DNA of 64,000 bases from Gemmatimonadaceae bacterium (GTDB taxonomy: Bacteria; Gemmatimonadota; Gemmatimonadetes; Gemmatimonadales; Gemmatimonadaceae): positions 176,490-240,489 of the forward strand of contig JBBDYC010000008.1 in the NCBI GenBank assembly GCA_040901985.1. Direction: 5' to 3'. A program made the position numbers and the translations under genes. Within the stretch, counting starts at the first letter, position 1. Each line of letters begins with the position of its first letter. Shown here in pieces: positions 1 through 8,211 of the stretch. The notes beneath the pieces are model-generated. The model saw only the letters and a list, made by a program, of their open reading frames with translations, was not told the DNA's origin and made no database searches.

Positions 1-1
1 G

Positions 2-1414
2 GATGGCCGCGCCGACCTCTATTCGCTGGGGATCGTCGGCTACCAGATGCTCGCCGGCGAGCTGCCGTTCCAGGCGACCAACACGCCGGCGATGCTGATG
101 AAGCACCTCAGCGAGCGCCCGCGCCCGCTCGCGCAGGTGCGCGACGACCTGCCGCAGAACCTGGTCCTGGCCATCGAGACCGCGCTCGAGAAGGGCCGCG
201 ACCAGCGGTGGTCGGACGCCGCGCTCTTCCGCGCCGCGCTGGCCGATGACGCGCCCTTGCCGGCGCCGCGCCGGAGCCGCGGTTCGGGCGCGATTCCCCT
301 CGTGCCGGAGTCGGTCGAGCCGATCCCCGCCCTCGAGCGGATCAACGAGCTCCGCCAGCGCACACCCCTCCCTGCCCCCGCCTTCCCGCCGCTGCCGAAC
401 GACTGGATGTTCGACCCGAGCACGCGCGAGCACGGGAAGGAGGCGCTCCGCCAGTGGCGCGAGGAGACGCGAAAGTGGAAGGAGCGGGTGCGGGGCCAGC
501 CGCGGGCGGTGCGCGAGGAGTTGCGGGTCGCCGCGCAGTCGCTGAGCCACGTCCGGCTGCAGCAGCGCACGGCCGAGGAGCGGATCGCGCGGCTGCGGCG
601 CAAGATCGGCGGCGCGGCGGCGGCGATTGCAGTGATGACCGTGATCAACCTCGTCACGTCGCCGGGCTTCCCCTGGGTGCTCTTCCCGGCGCTCGCGTTC
701 GGCTTTGGCATTGCGAAGGGGTTCAGCGACCTCTGGGCCGACGGGATTCCGTTACGCGACGTCTTTCGCAGCCCGGCCCGGCCGCGGCACCGCGGCGACG
801 AGCAGCCGCTCGGCCGACTCGAGGCGCGACTCCCGGCGCCGGCGGCCTCGTCGGTCGCCGAGGCAGTGCTCGACAGCGTGCCGGCCGAGGTGCTCGACGG
901 TCCCCGGGGCCCGGTAGTCCGCGAGGCCTATGAGGCACGGGCGCAGATCCGTGCGCTTCTTGCCCGCCTCCAGGCGAGCGAGAAGTCACTGCTCCCGGAG
1001 ATCCTCCCCACCGTCGAGGCGCTTGTCGAGCGCGCGCGGACGCTGGCGATTGCCCTCCATTCGCTCGACGAGGATGCCTCGCCGGAGGCGCTGGTGCGCC
1101 TGCAACGACGCCTCTCAGAGGCCGAGGCGCAACCGGAAGACGCGCCCGAGCGGGCGCGCCACGTAGACCTCCTCCGCCGCCAGCTGAGCACCCTCACCGA
1201 GCTCGCCGAGCGGCGCACCGAGCTGGCCCGCCAGCAGGATCACGCGGTGCTCGTACTCGGGACGATGAAGCTCGACCTGATGAAGTTGCGCAACTCGGGC
1301 ATCGCCGCGCGACTGTCCGATCAGGGGCCGCTCACTGAGGAGATGCGTGCGCTCGCGCGCGATGTGCAGCGCGTCGCCGAGGCGGTGGACGAGTCACGCG
1401 AGCCGCGCAAGTAG
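2..1414 (+). CDS. Ser/Thr protein kinase (5'-truncated) with 2TM domain and C-terminal coiled-coil region
   Basis: The frame is open from the window edge. DGRADLYSLGIVGYQMLAGELPF is kinase subdomain IX and LEKGRDQRW is subdomain XI. Then a 2TM-like hairpin (INLVTSPGFPWVLFPALAFG) and a helical tail. Confidence 0.88.
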   Translation, partial: DGRADLYSLGIVGYQMLAGELPFQATNTPAMLMKHLSERPRPLAQVRDDLPQNLVLAIETALEKGRDQRWSDAALFRAALADDAPLPAPRRSRGSGAIPLVPESVEPIPALERINELRQRTPLPAPAFPPLPNDWMFDPSTREHGKEALRQWREETRKWKERVRGQPRAVREELRVAAQSLSHVRLQQRTAEERIARLRRKIGGAAAAIAVMTVINLVTSPGFPWVLFPALAFGFGIAKGFSDLWADGIPLRDVFRSPARPRHRGDEQPLGRLEARLPAPAASSVAEAVLDSVPAEVLDGPRGPVVREAYEARAQIRALLARLQASEKSLLPEILPTVEALVERARTLAIALHSLDEDASPEALVRLQRRLSEAEAQPEDAPERARHVDLLRRQLSTLTELAERRTELARQQDHAVLVLGTMKLDLMKLRNSGIAARLSDQGPLTEEMRALARDVQRVAEAVDESREPRK

Positions 1415-2236
1415 GGCATCGAGCGAGCGGCGCAGTTGGTCCGGCGAATCCTCCGGCACGAAATGCGCGGCGCCAGCGATGACCTCGAAGGTCGCCCCGG
1501 GTATCGCCGCGGCAAGTCGCGCGCCCTGGGCCACCGGGTAGAAGGGGTCGTCGTGGCCCCAGATCACGGCTGCCGGGATGCGCAGCTCGCCTAGCCGAGC
1601 CGACCACTCGGCGGTGCCGCACTCGCCGAGAGCGGCAAGATGCCTGGCCAACGCGTCGCGACCGGCGCGGGTGGTAAAAGCGTGGAGGCAGGTGTCGAGC
1701 GTGAGGTGGCTCCTGTCGGTGTCGGCGAAGCCGCGGCGCACGCCGCCATGCACCAGGCTGGCCAGGAGTCCGGGCGGCGCGCGACGGGCAAGCGGGCCGA
1801 TCGCCCGGGCCACCCGGGCCATCCGGCGCGGCGGAATCCCGAACCCGGCGCTGCCGACCAGTGCCAGCGCCGAGACGCGCTCTGGCCACTGTACGGCGAC
1901 CGCCTGGGCCACCCCGCCCCCCAAGCCGTGGCCGACCAGGCAGGCGCGGGCGATACGGAGCTCGTCGAGCAGGGAGAGGACCGCACGCGCGTGCGCCCCG
2001 CAGCCGGCCGACCCACCTTCTCTCGGAAGCGGGTCGCTCCTCCCGTAGCCCGGGAGGTCCAGGACTACGAGCCGATGCCCCGCCGGGAAGTCGCGGACCA
2101 CCGCGTGCCAGAGTCGCGACGACGTGGGGAATCCGTGGAGGAAGACGACCGGGTCTCCGGCCCCGCGCGACCCCGCCGCGTAGTAGTAGAGCCGCCGTCC
2201 ACCGATATCCACGAACTCACCGCGCATTGCTGGCAA
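1394..2236 (-). CDS. alpha/beta fold hydrolase with an atypical nucleophile elbow (GHGLGG)
   Basis: VVFLHGFPTSS, DLPGYGRS, IWGHDD and AAHFVPED motifs. Overlaps the kinase 3' end convergently by 21 nt. Confidence 0.85.
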   Translation of the reverse strand: MPAMRGEFVDIGGRRLYYYAAGSRGAGDPVVFLHGFPTSSRLWHAVVRDFPAGHRLVVLDLPGYGRSDPLPREGGSAGCGAHARAVLSLLDELRIARACLVGHGLGGGVAQAVAVQWPERVSALALVGSAGFGIPPRRMARVARAIGPLARRAPPGLLASLVHGGVRRGFADTDRSHLTLDTCLHAFTTRAGRDALARHLAALGECGTAEWSARLGELRIPAAVIWGHDDPFYPVAQGARLAAAIPGATFEVIAGAAHFVPEDSPDQLRRSLDALLARLA

Positions 2237-2345
2237 TCTGGCGCTTTCCGCGCAAAAGGGTATCCTTTACGGCTTCGGTGGGGTCCGACTTTTGTGCATA
2301 AGCCCCAACTTGTTGTCTCATAAGGCGTTAGCTAAGGATTTTCGT

Positions 2346-3485
2346 TTGACCATACCGATCGTTGTGCCGGCGTCGATCTTCGCGCCGCCGCCGCCGCCGC
2401 AGCCGACCGTCGATTTTGCGCTTGAGTGGCTGTTGAGCCACGCGTCACCGCCAATCCAGTACCGGGCGGCGATGGACGTCGCCAAACTCGGGTCGTCGGT
2501 CCCGCCGGATTTCGCCCTCATCCCGTACGGCTACGCGCCGGCAATCGAACTCGGCGTGCAGGCGTCGTCGGCGGGCATCTGGAACGACGCGATGCTCACA
2601 CTTCCGACGCAGCGGGCCGAGCATTTCGAGGGCATCGGGACGATCCCTGCCTATCGGCGACTGCTTGAGTACGGCTGGGACAAGGACGGGCCGGCGCTCT
2701 ACCACGCGCGGCGGAACCTCTTCCGCCTGCTCGCCGAGGACAGCGAGCGCGAGCAGCTGTACGAGCTCGCGCCGACGCGTCCGCGCGTGGAGCCGGAGTA
2801 CCTCCAGGCGCAGCGACAGTTGTTGCGCGAGGCGGCGGGCGCCGCGCTCGCCTCGGCGGGGTTCGAGAGCGACCCGCGGCTGCGCGGTCTCGCCCGACGG
2901 ACGATCGACCGAATTGCCGAGTTCCTCCGCTCACCGCTCGCCGAGAAGCCGTGGATCCGGGTGGGGAATCGCCAGGTGCTGCACCCGGACGCATCCCCGC
3001 CGTCCATCTACGCGCTGCACCTGATCGCCCATATGCCGCTCTTCCAGAGCGAGCACTACGAGGCGATGGAGCTGCTCTACGCCTATCTTACGCGGCCGTT
3101 GCCGCGTCAGGAGTCGGTGCAACAGGTCGGGTCGCACCTCGTGCCGATGCCGTACGTCGTCCTCGGCGACCGCCTGCCGCATCGCAACGCCGTCGAGGCC
3201 GACGTGCCGTTCGCACTGGCGTGGCTTGAGCTGGTGGCGCGGCTCGGCTACCTCCGCCGCAACGAGACGTGGACGAAGATGTACGAGCGCTTCGTGGACG
3301 ACTGCGGGCGCGACGGCGTCTGGCATCCGCACAAGGGGATGGCGATGCCGAAGAGCTCCGATCCGTACGTCTGGCCGATGTATCCGCTCGAACAGACTCA
3401 CGGTGGGGACGAGCGGTGGGCCGATGTGACGTTCCGGGTCGGTCTCATCGCGCGGCTCTCGGGACGCCCGATCAACCTGGTCTGA
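2346..3485 (+). CDS. hypothetical protein, possibly alpha/alpha-toroid (prenyltransferase/squalene cyclase-like) fold
   Basis: Long ORF with GC3-biased codons. ALEWLL..PPIQY N-terminus and QW-like QASSAGIW / GRDGVW segments. Start uncertain (TTG 2346 chosen). Confidence 0.6.
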   Translation: MTIPIVVPASIFAPPPPPQPTVDFALEWLLSHASPPIQYRAAMDVAKLGSSVPPDFALIPYGYAPAIELGVQASSAGIWNDAMLTLPTQRAEHFEGIGTIPAYRRLLEYGWDKDGPALYHARRNLFRLLAEDSEREQLYELAPTRPRVEPEYLQAQRQLLREAAGAALASAGFESDPRLRGLARRTIDRIAEFLRSPLAEKPWIRVGNRQVLHPDASPPSIYALHLIAHMPLFQSEHYEAMELLYAYLTRPLPRQESVQQVGSHLVPMPYVVLGDRLPHRNAVEADVPFALAWLELVARLGYLRRNETWTKMYERFVDDCGRDGVWHPHKGMAMPKSSDPYVWPMYPLEQTHGGDERWADVTFRVGLIARLSGRPINLV

Positions 3486-3507
3486 CGGTCGGCCGGGGCG
3501 CGGTCGC

Positions 3508-4383
3508 GTGGCCAATCGCCTGCCGATCGACGAGTGGTTCCCCGCCGGGGTGCCGGGGATTCGCGTGCGGCGCGTCCGCGACGCCGATGGCCTGACGCTT
3601 CGCGTCCTCGAGGCCGGCCCGGCCGCCGGTCCGCCGGTGTTGCTGCTGCACGGCTGGGCGGTGACGGCCTATCTCTGGCGGCACAACATCCTCGCGCTGG
3701 CGGCGGCGGGACATCGCGTCGTCGCGCCGGACCTCCACGGGCACGGGCTCTCCGATGCGCCGGCGGCGCCGGGGAGCTACCGCCTCGAGGCGTTCGTCCG
3801 CTCGGTGCTCGGGCTGATGGACGCGCTGGCGCTCCCGCGCGCGGCGATTGTTGCGCAGTCAATGGCCGCCAAGGTCGCGGTGCAGCTGGCGTTCGACGCG
3901 CCGGCGCGCGTGTCGCGGCTGGTGCTCTTCGGCGCCGTGGGGTTTGGATTGGTGCCGCCCTGGCGCGCGCTCGCGCCGCTGCTGCCGGCGCCGCCGGGCG
4001 ACCTCCCCTCGAAGCTCGTGCCGCGCCAGCTGGTGGCCTTCGTGCAGCGGCGCGTGTATGGCAAGCTCGGGTGGTTCACCGAGCGCGACGTGGACGAGTA
4101 CTGGGCACCGACGCAGTTTCCGGCGGTGGTGCGCGCGGCGCTCCAGATGCTGCGGGAGTTCCCGTGGTCGCTCTGGGAGGCGGCGCCACTCGCGCGGCTG
4201 ACGACGCCGACGCACTTGATCTTCGGGACGCGGGATCGGACAGTGCGGCCCGGCCAGGCGAAGCGTCTCGCGGCAGCGCTCCCCCACGGGAGGCTCACCT
4301 GGATCGTGGACGGCGGCCACGTGGTGATGGAGGAAGTGCCGGATCGGGTGAACGCAATGTTATTGGCTGACCTCGCCGACTAG
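3508..4383 (+). CDS. alpha/beta fold hydrolase
   Basis: LLLHGW, PDLHGHGLS, elbow AQSMAA, FGTRD, GGHVVMEE. GTG start. Confidence 0.85.
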   Translation: MANRLPIDEWFPAGVPGIRVRRVRDADGLTLRVLEAGPAAGPPVLLLHGWAVTAYLWRHNILALAAAGHRVVAPDLHGHGLSDAPAAPGSYRLEAFVRSVLGLMDALALPRAAIVAQSMAAKVAVQLAFDAPARVSRLVLFGAVGFGLVPPWRALAPLLPAPPGDLPSKLVPRQLVAFVQRRVYGKLGWFTERDVDEYWAPTQFPAVVRAALQMLREFPWSLWEAAPLARLTTPTHLIFGTRDRTVRPGQAKRLAAALPHGRLTWIVDGGHVVMEEVPDRVNAMLLADLAD

Positions 4384-4393
4384 GTTTCGGGGG

Positions 4394-5596
4394 ATGCCAA
4401 CGAAACAAAAGGTCGCGGAGGACGTGGCGACACCGACGCTCGCCCAGGCGGAAGCGAGCACGATCGAGATCACGTTCGCCGACCTCGGCCTGAGCGACCC
4501 GATGCTCGCGTCGCTGGTCGCGGCGGGCTACGAGCGGCCGACGCCGATCCAGGCGCAGGCGGTGCCGCTCGCGCTCCAGGGGCGCGACCTGATGGGGCTC
4601 GCGCAGACGGGCACCGGGAAGACCGCCGCATTCACCATCCCGATCATCGAGCGGCTGATGGGCGGACCGAAGCGGACGCGCGCGCTGATCCTCACGCCGA
4701 CGCGCGAGCTCTGCCAGCAGGTGGAGGCGAGCATCCGCAAGTACGGCCAGGGCACGGGGCTCGAGGTCGTCTCGGTGTACGGTGGCGTCGGGTACGACAC
4801 CCAGGTCGAGGCGTTGCGCGGGGGGGTGGACGTGATCGTCGCGACGCCGGGCCGGTTGATAGACCACCTCGAGAAGCAGAACGTGGTGTTCGACGACATC
4901 GAGGTCCTCGTGCTCGACGAGGCGGACCGGATGCTCGATATGGGGTTCGCGCCGCAGATCAACCGGATCGTCGCGGCGATCCATCCCTACCGGCAGACGC
5001 TCCTCTTCTCGGCGACGATGCCGCCCGAGGTCGAGGCGCTGGCGCGGAAGTACCTGCGGAAACCGGTGGTGGTGCAGGTCGGGCGGCGGTCGGCGGCGGC
5101 GAGCACCGTGCGCCACTACGTCTACCCGGTGCCGAAGCACAAGAAGACCGAGCTCCTGACACACCTGCTCGGCGAGATGCTGGCGAACGATTCGGTGCTG
5201 GTGTTCACGCGGACCAAGCACGGCGCCGACAAGGTCGTGCGGCACGTGCTGGACGCCGGGTTCAAGGCCGACGCGCTGCACGCCGACAAGACCCAGGCAC
5301 AGCGGGAGCTGGCGCTGCAGCGGTTCAAGGACGGCAAGGTGCAGGTGCTCGTCGCGACGGACATCGCCCAGCGCGGCCTCGACATCACGGGGATCTCCCA
5401 CGTGATCAACTACGACGTGCCGCAGCAGGCCGAGGACTACGTGCATCGGATCGGGCGCACGGGCCGCGCGGCGAAGGAGGGGGACGCGTTCACGTTCATG
5501 TGCGCCGACGAGATCGGGATGGTGCGGACGATCGAGCGGATGGTGGGCCAGGAGATTCCGCGGATCTCGGTCATCGGGTATGACTTCGGGACTTGA
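4394..5596 (+). CDS. DEAD-box RNA helicase (RhlE-like)
   Basis: Q motif PTPIQ, AQTGTGKT, PTRELC, TPGRL, DEAD, SAT, HRIGRTGR. Confidence 0.96.
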   Translation: MPTKQKVAEDVATPTLAQAEASTIEITFADLGLSDPMLASLVAAGYERPTPIQAQAVPLALQGRDLMGLAQTGTGKTAAFTIPIIERLMGGPKRTRALILTPTRELCQQVEASIRKYGQGTGLEVVSVYGGVGYDTQVEALRGGVDVIVATPGRLIDHLEKQNVVFDDIEVLVLDEADRMLDMGFAPQINRIVAAIHPYRQTLLFSATMPPEVEALARKYLRKPVVVQVGRRSAAASTVRHYVYPVPKHKKTELLTHLLGEMLANDSVLVFTRTKHGADKVVRHVLDAGFKADALHADKTQAQRELALQRFKDGKVQVLVATDIAQRGLDITGISHVINYDVPQQAEDYVHRIGRTGRAAKEGDAFTFMCADEIGMVRTIERMVGQEIPRISVIGYDFGT

Positions 5597-5607
5597 ACCA
5601 CCTGCCG

Positions 5608-6033
5608 TCACCACGATGTCCGCATCCGTCCGAGCCGACTGACGGTCAGCGTCTCGGCGCGTGCGCCGATCGTGAGGACGATTGTCGAGTTCGCCACGCC
5701 GTAGCCGAGTCCTGATGGGGCGTAGGTGACTGTGTCGCGCGAGGCGCGGAGGGCGACGCGGTGCAGCCGGGCGAGCTGGCGGAGGAGCAGGGTGTCGCCC
5801 GCGCTTTCGACGCGGACGCTCCCCGCCGCTTCGTCCACGATGAGCCGGGCGGAGGCGCCGCGGCGGATGGCGGCGGCACGGGCGAGGGTGAGTGCGCCGG
5901 CCACCTCGTGCGCCGCCTGGCGGAGCCGGAGTCCGTCGAGGACATACTGCGCGCGCGGGATGCCGATCCCGGCGACGAGCGCGGTGAAGGTGCAGACGAC
6001 GATCAGCTCGGCGAGGGTGACCCCGGGGCGCAT
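5608..6033 (-). CDS. GspH/FimT-family pseudopilin
   Basis: Prepilin cleavage motif G-VTLAELIVV followed by a hydrophobic helix and LTLARAAAIRR. Confidence 0.8.
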   Translation of the reverse strand: MRPGVTLAELIVVCTFTALVAGIGIPRAQYVLDGLRLRQAAHEVAGALTLARAAAIRRGASARLIVDEAAGSVRVESAGDTLLLRQLARLHRVALRASRDTVTYAPSGLGYGVANSTIVLTIGARAETLTVSRLGRMRTSW

Positions 6034-6161
6034 TGGCGGCCTCCTGAACGGGCGGACGGGACGCGCGCAGGGTAGGTAGATTCTTCCACGCGACCGGCAC
6101 CCCGCCGCCGCACGCCGGTGCGCGCCGTTGCGCCGCCCCCCCCCCAGCTCGGACCGCGCCG

Positions 6162-6419
6162 ATGCCCTCGCTCACCGCCCGTCTCCGCGCCTTGGCCGTT
6201 GCCGTCGTTTTCGCCGGCGCTTGCTACACCGACCCGCAGCAGCAGCTGGACCAGGCGCAGCAGCTGACCGACCTCGCCGACATCCTGAACGACCTCACCC
6301 TGCGGACCACGGAACTGCAGTTCACGCTCGACTCGCTCCGCGGCGTCGTGGCGCGCCAGGACAGCACGATTGCGCGTCTGGCGAACCTGGCCGGCGTGGA
6401 CTACCGAACGCTGAGATGA
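6162..6419 (+). CDS. small coiled-coil lipoprotein (hypothetical)
   Basis: Signal peptide with lipobox-like AGAC, then heptad-pattern helix. Confidence 0.65.
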   Translation: MPSLTARLRALAVAVVFAGACYTDPQQQLDQAQQLTDLADILNDLTLRTTELQFTLDSLRGVVARQDSTIARLANLAGVDYRTLR

Positions 6420-6561
6420 CGGGTGACAGCCGACAGGTGAGAGGTGAGAGGTAACATAGGAGACGGGAGAGCCCTCGCGGTTGTCCATCCCCTCCCGCGG
6501 CACCACCTTACTGTTCCAAGGGACTTAGCGCGGCGACGCCCTCCCACCTCCCACCTCCCAC
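6415..6561. repeat. degenerate heptamer tandem repeats (GGTGAGA-like x8 at 6415-6470; CTCCCAC x3 at 6541-6561)
   Basis: Units read directly: gatgacg ggtgaca gccgaca ggtgaga ggtgaga ggtaaca taggaga cgggaga, then ctcccac ctcccac ctcccac. Confidence 0.75.
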
Positions 6562-6572
6562 CTGTAGTCCAG

Positions 6573-7655
6573 ATGCGTCTCGCGATCTCCACCGGCGGCG
6601 GCGATGCGCCCGGGCTCAATGCGGTGATCCGCGCCGCCGTCCTCTCGGCGCTCGGACGCGGGTGGACGGTGCTCGGCGTCAAGCGCGGCTACGCCGGGTT
6701 GCTCGGCGAGGACGAGGTGATCCCGATGACCGCCGAGACCGTGCGCGGCATTGCGCACCTCGGCGGGACGATCCTCCGCACGACCAACCGCGGCAATCCG
6801 TTCGCCTTTCCCGTCCGGCAGAAGGACGGTTCGTGGAAGGAGGTGGACCGCTCCGACGAACTCATCGGGAACGCACGCAATCTCGGAATCCAGGCGATGA
6901 TCTCGATCGGCGGCGACGGGTCGCTGGCAATCGCCCAGAAGCTCGTGGACAAGGGGATGCGGATCGTCGGCGTGCCGAAGACGATTGATAACGACGTCGC
7001 GGGCACCGTGACGACGTTCGGCTTCGACACCGCGGTGCAGACGGCGATCGAGGCGATTGACAAGCTGCATACCACGGCGGAGAGCCACGACCGGGTGATG
7101 GTGCTGGAGGTGATGGGCCGCGATGCGGGGTTCATTGCGCTGCATTCCGGCGTATCTGGGACGGCGGACGTGGTGCTGATCCCCGAGATCCCCTGGCGGG
7201 TCGAGCACGTCTGCGACGCGGTGATGGAGCGCGACCGCAGCGGGCGGAAGTTCGCGATCATCGTGGTGGCCGAGGGGGCGCACGAAGACGGCGGCGCGGC
7301 GTCGGTGGTCGGCGAGTCGCTGCCGGGGCAGGAGCGTCGCGTCGGCGGGATTGCCCAACGCCTGGCGCGGACGATCCAGGACCGGACCGGGAAGGAATGC
7401 CGGTCAATGGTGCTCGGGCACCTGCAGCGCGGGGGGATGCCGACCGGGTACGATCGCCTGTTGGCCACGCGGTTCGGCGGCGCCGCCGCGCAGGCGGTGG
7501 CGGACGGGAAATGGGGCCATATGGTCGCGCTGCAGACGCCGAACATCGTCACGGTCCCGATCGCCGAGGCGCTCCGGGAGCCGAAACGGGTGGACCCCTC
7601 GCACGACGTCGTGCAGACGGCACGGCGGCTGGGCATCAGCTTCGGGGACGAATGA
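6573..7655 (+). CDS. pfkA: 6-phosphofructokinase
   Basis: TGGGDAPGLNAVIR, GGTIL, IGGDGS, PKTIDND, FGFDTA, EVMGR, LGHLQRGG. Confidence 0.95.
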   Translation: MRLAISTGGGDAPGLNAVIRAAVLSALGRGWTVLGVKRGYAGLLGEDEVIPMTAETVRGIAHLGGTILRTTNRGNPFAFPVRQKDGSWKEVDRSDELIGNARNLGIQAMISIGGDGSLAIAQKLVDKGMRIVGVPKTIDNDVAGTVTTFGFDTAVQTAIEAIDKLHTTAESHDRVMVLEVMGRDAGFIALHSGVSGTADVVLIPEIPWRVEHVCDAVMERDRSGRKFAIIVVAEGAHEDGGAASVVGESLPGQERRVGGIAQRLARTIQDRTGKECRSMVLGHLQRGGMPTGYDRLLATRFGGAAAQAVADGKWGHMVALQTPNIVTVPIAEALREPKRVDPSHDVVQTARRLGISFGDE

Positions 7656-7726
7656 GTGCCGACCTGATACGTCCGAACGCGCGTTCCCCTCTCGGGTACG
7701 ACCAAATCCCCCATCATCGCGTGCCA

Positions 7727-8152
7727 ATGACCGGACCGTTGCGGAACGCCCTCGTCCTCCTTGCGCTTGCCGCGGCCCCGCTGGCGCTCGGCGCGCAGGG
7801 GAGCACACGGCGACCCGCGCCGCCGCCGACCATCCCTGCACACATGATCCCCCCGGCGGGAAAGTGCCGCATCTGGATGGCGAACGTCGCGCCCGCGCAG
7901 CAGCCGGCGCCGACCGACTGCCAGACCGCGTTGCGCCAGAAACCGTCAGATGGCACCGTGATCTTCGGACCCTCGCCGCGGAGCTCGGATTCCACGGCGT
8001 TCGACTCGAAGCCCGCGCCGCGCCCCGACTCCGCCGCGCGCGACATCACGCTCCGCCCCGACTCCGCCGCGCGCGACACCACGCCGCGTGCGCCGGCCAC
8101 GCCACGCGGCCGCCCGCAGCGCCCCCAACCGCGAGCCCCGGAGCGGCCGTAA
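7727..8152 (+). CDS. secreted hypothetical protein with a two-Cys PPAGKCRIW...PAPTDC domain and low-complexity tail
   Basis: Signal peptide ending ALGA-Q, compact Cys-containing domain, Pro/Arg-rich tail. Confidence 0.7.
   Translation: MTGPLRNALVLLALAAAPLALGAQGSTRRPAPPPTIPAHMIPPAGKCRIWMANVAPAQQPAPTDCQTALRQKPSDGTVIFGPSPRSSDSTAFDSKPAPRPDSAARDITLRPDSAARDTTPRAPATPRGRPQRPQPRAPERP
8021..8083 (+). repeat. intragenic 30-bp direct repeat (period 33, 1 mismatch)
   Basis: cgccccgactccgccgcgcgcgaca(t/c)cacg at 8021-8050 and 8054-8083, encoding RPDSAARD(I/T)T twice. Confidence 0.85.
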
Positions 8153-8211
8153 GCGACCCCGCGCTCCGCCCCGTCCGCGACCCGTACCTCCCGCCGGACC
8201 ACGACGCCTTC

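Noticed and set aside
7351..8148. N-terminal extension making the helicase 1134 aa
   Set aside because: It overlaps pfkA and the secreted-protein gene and has low-complexity composition. This is a stop-free frame by chance.
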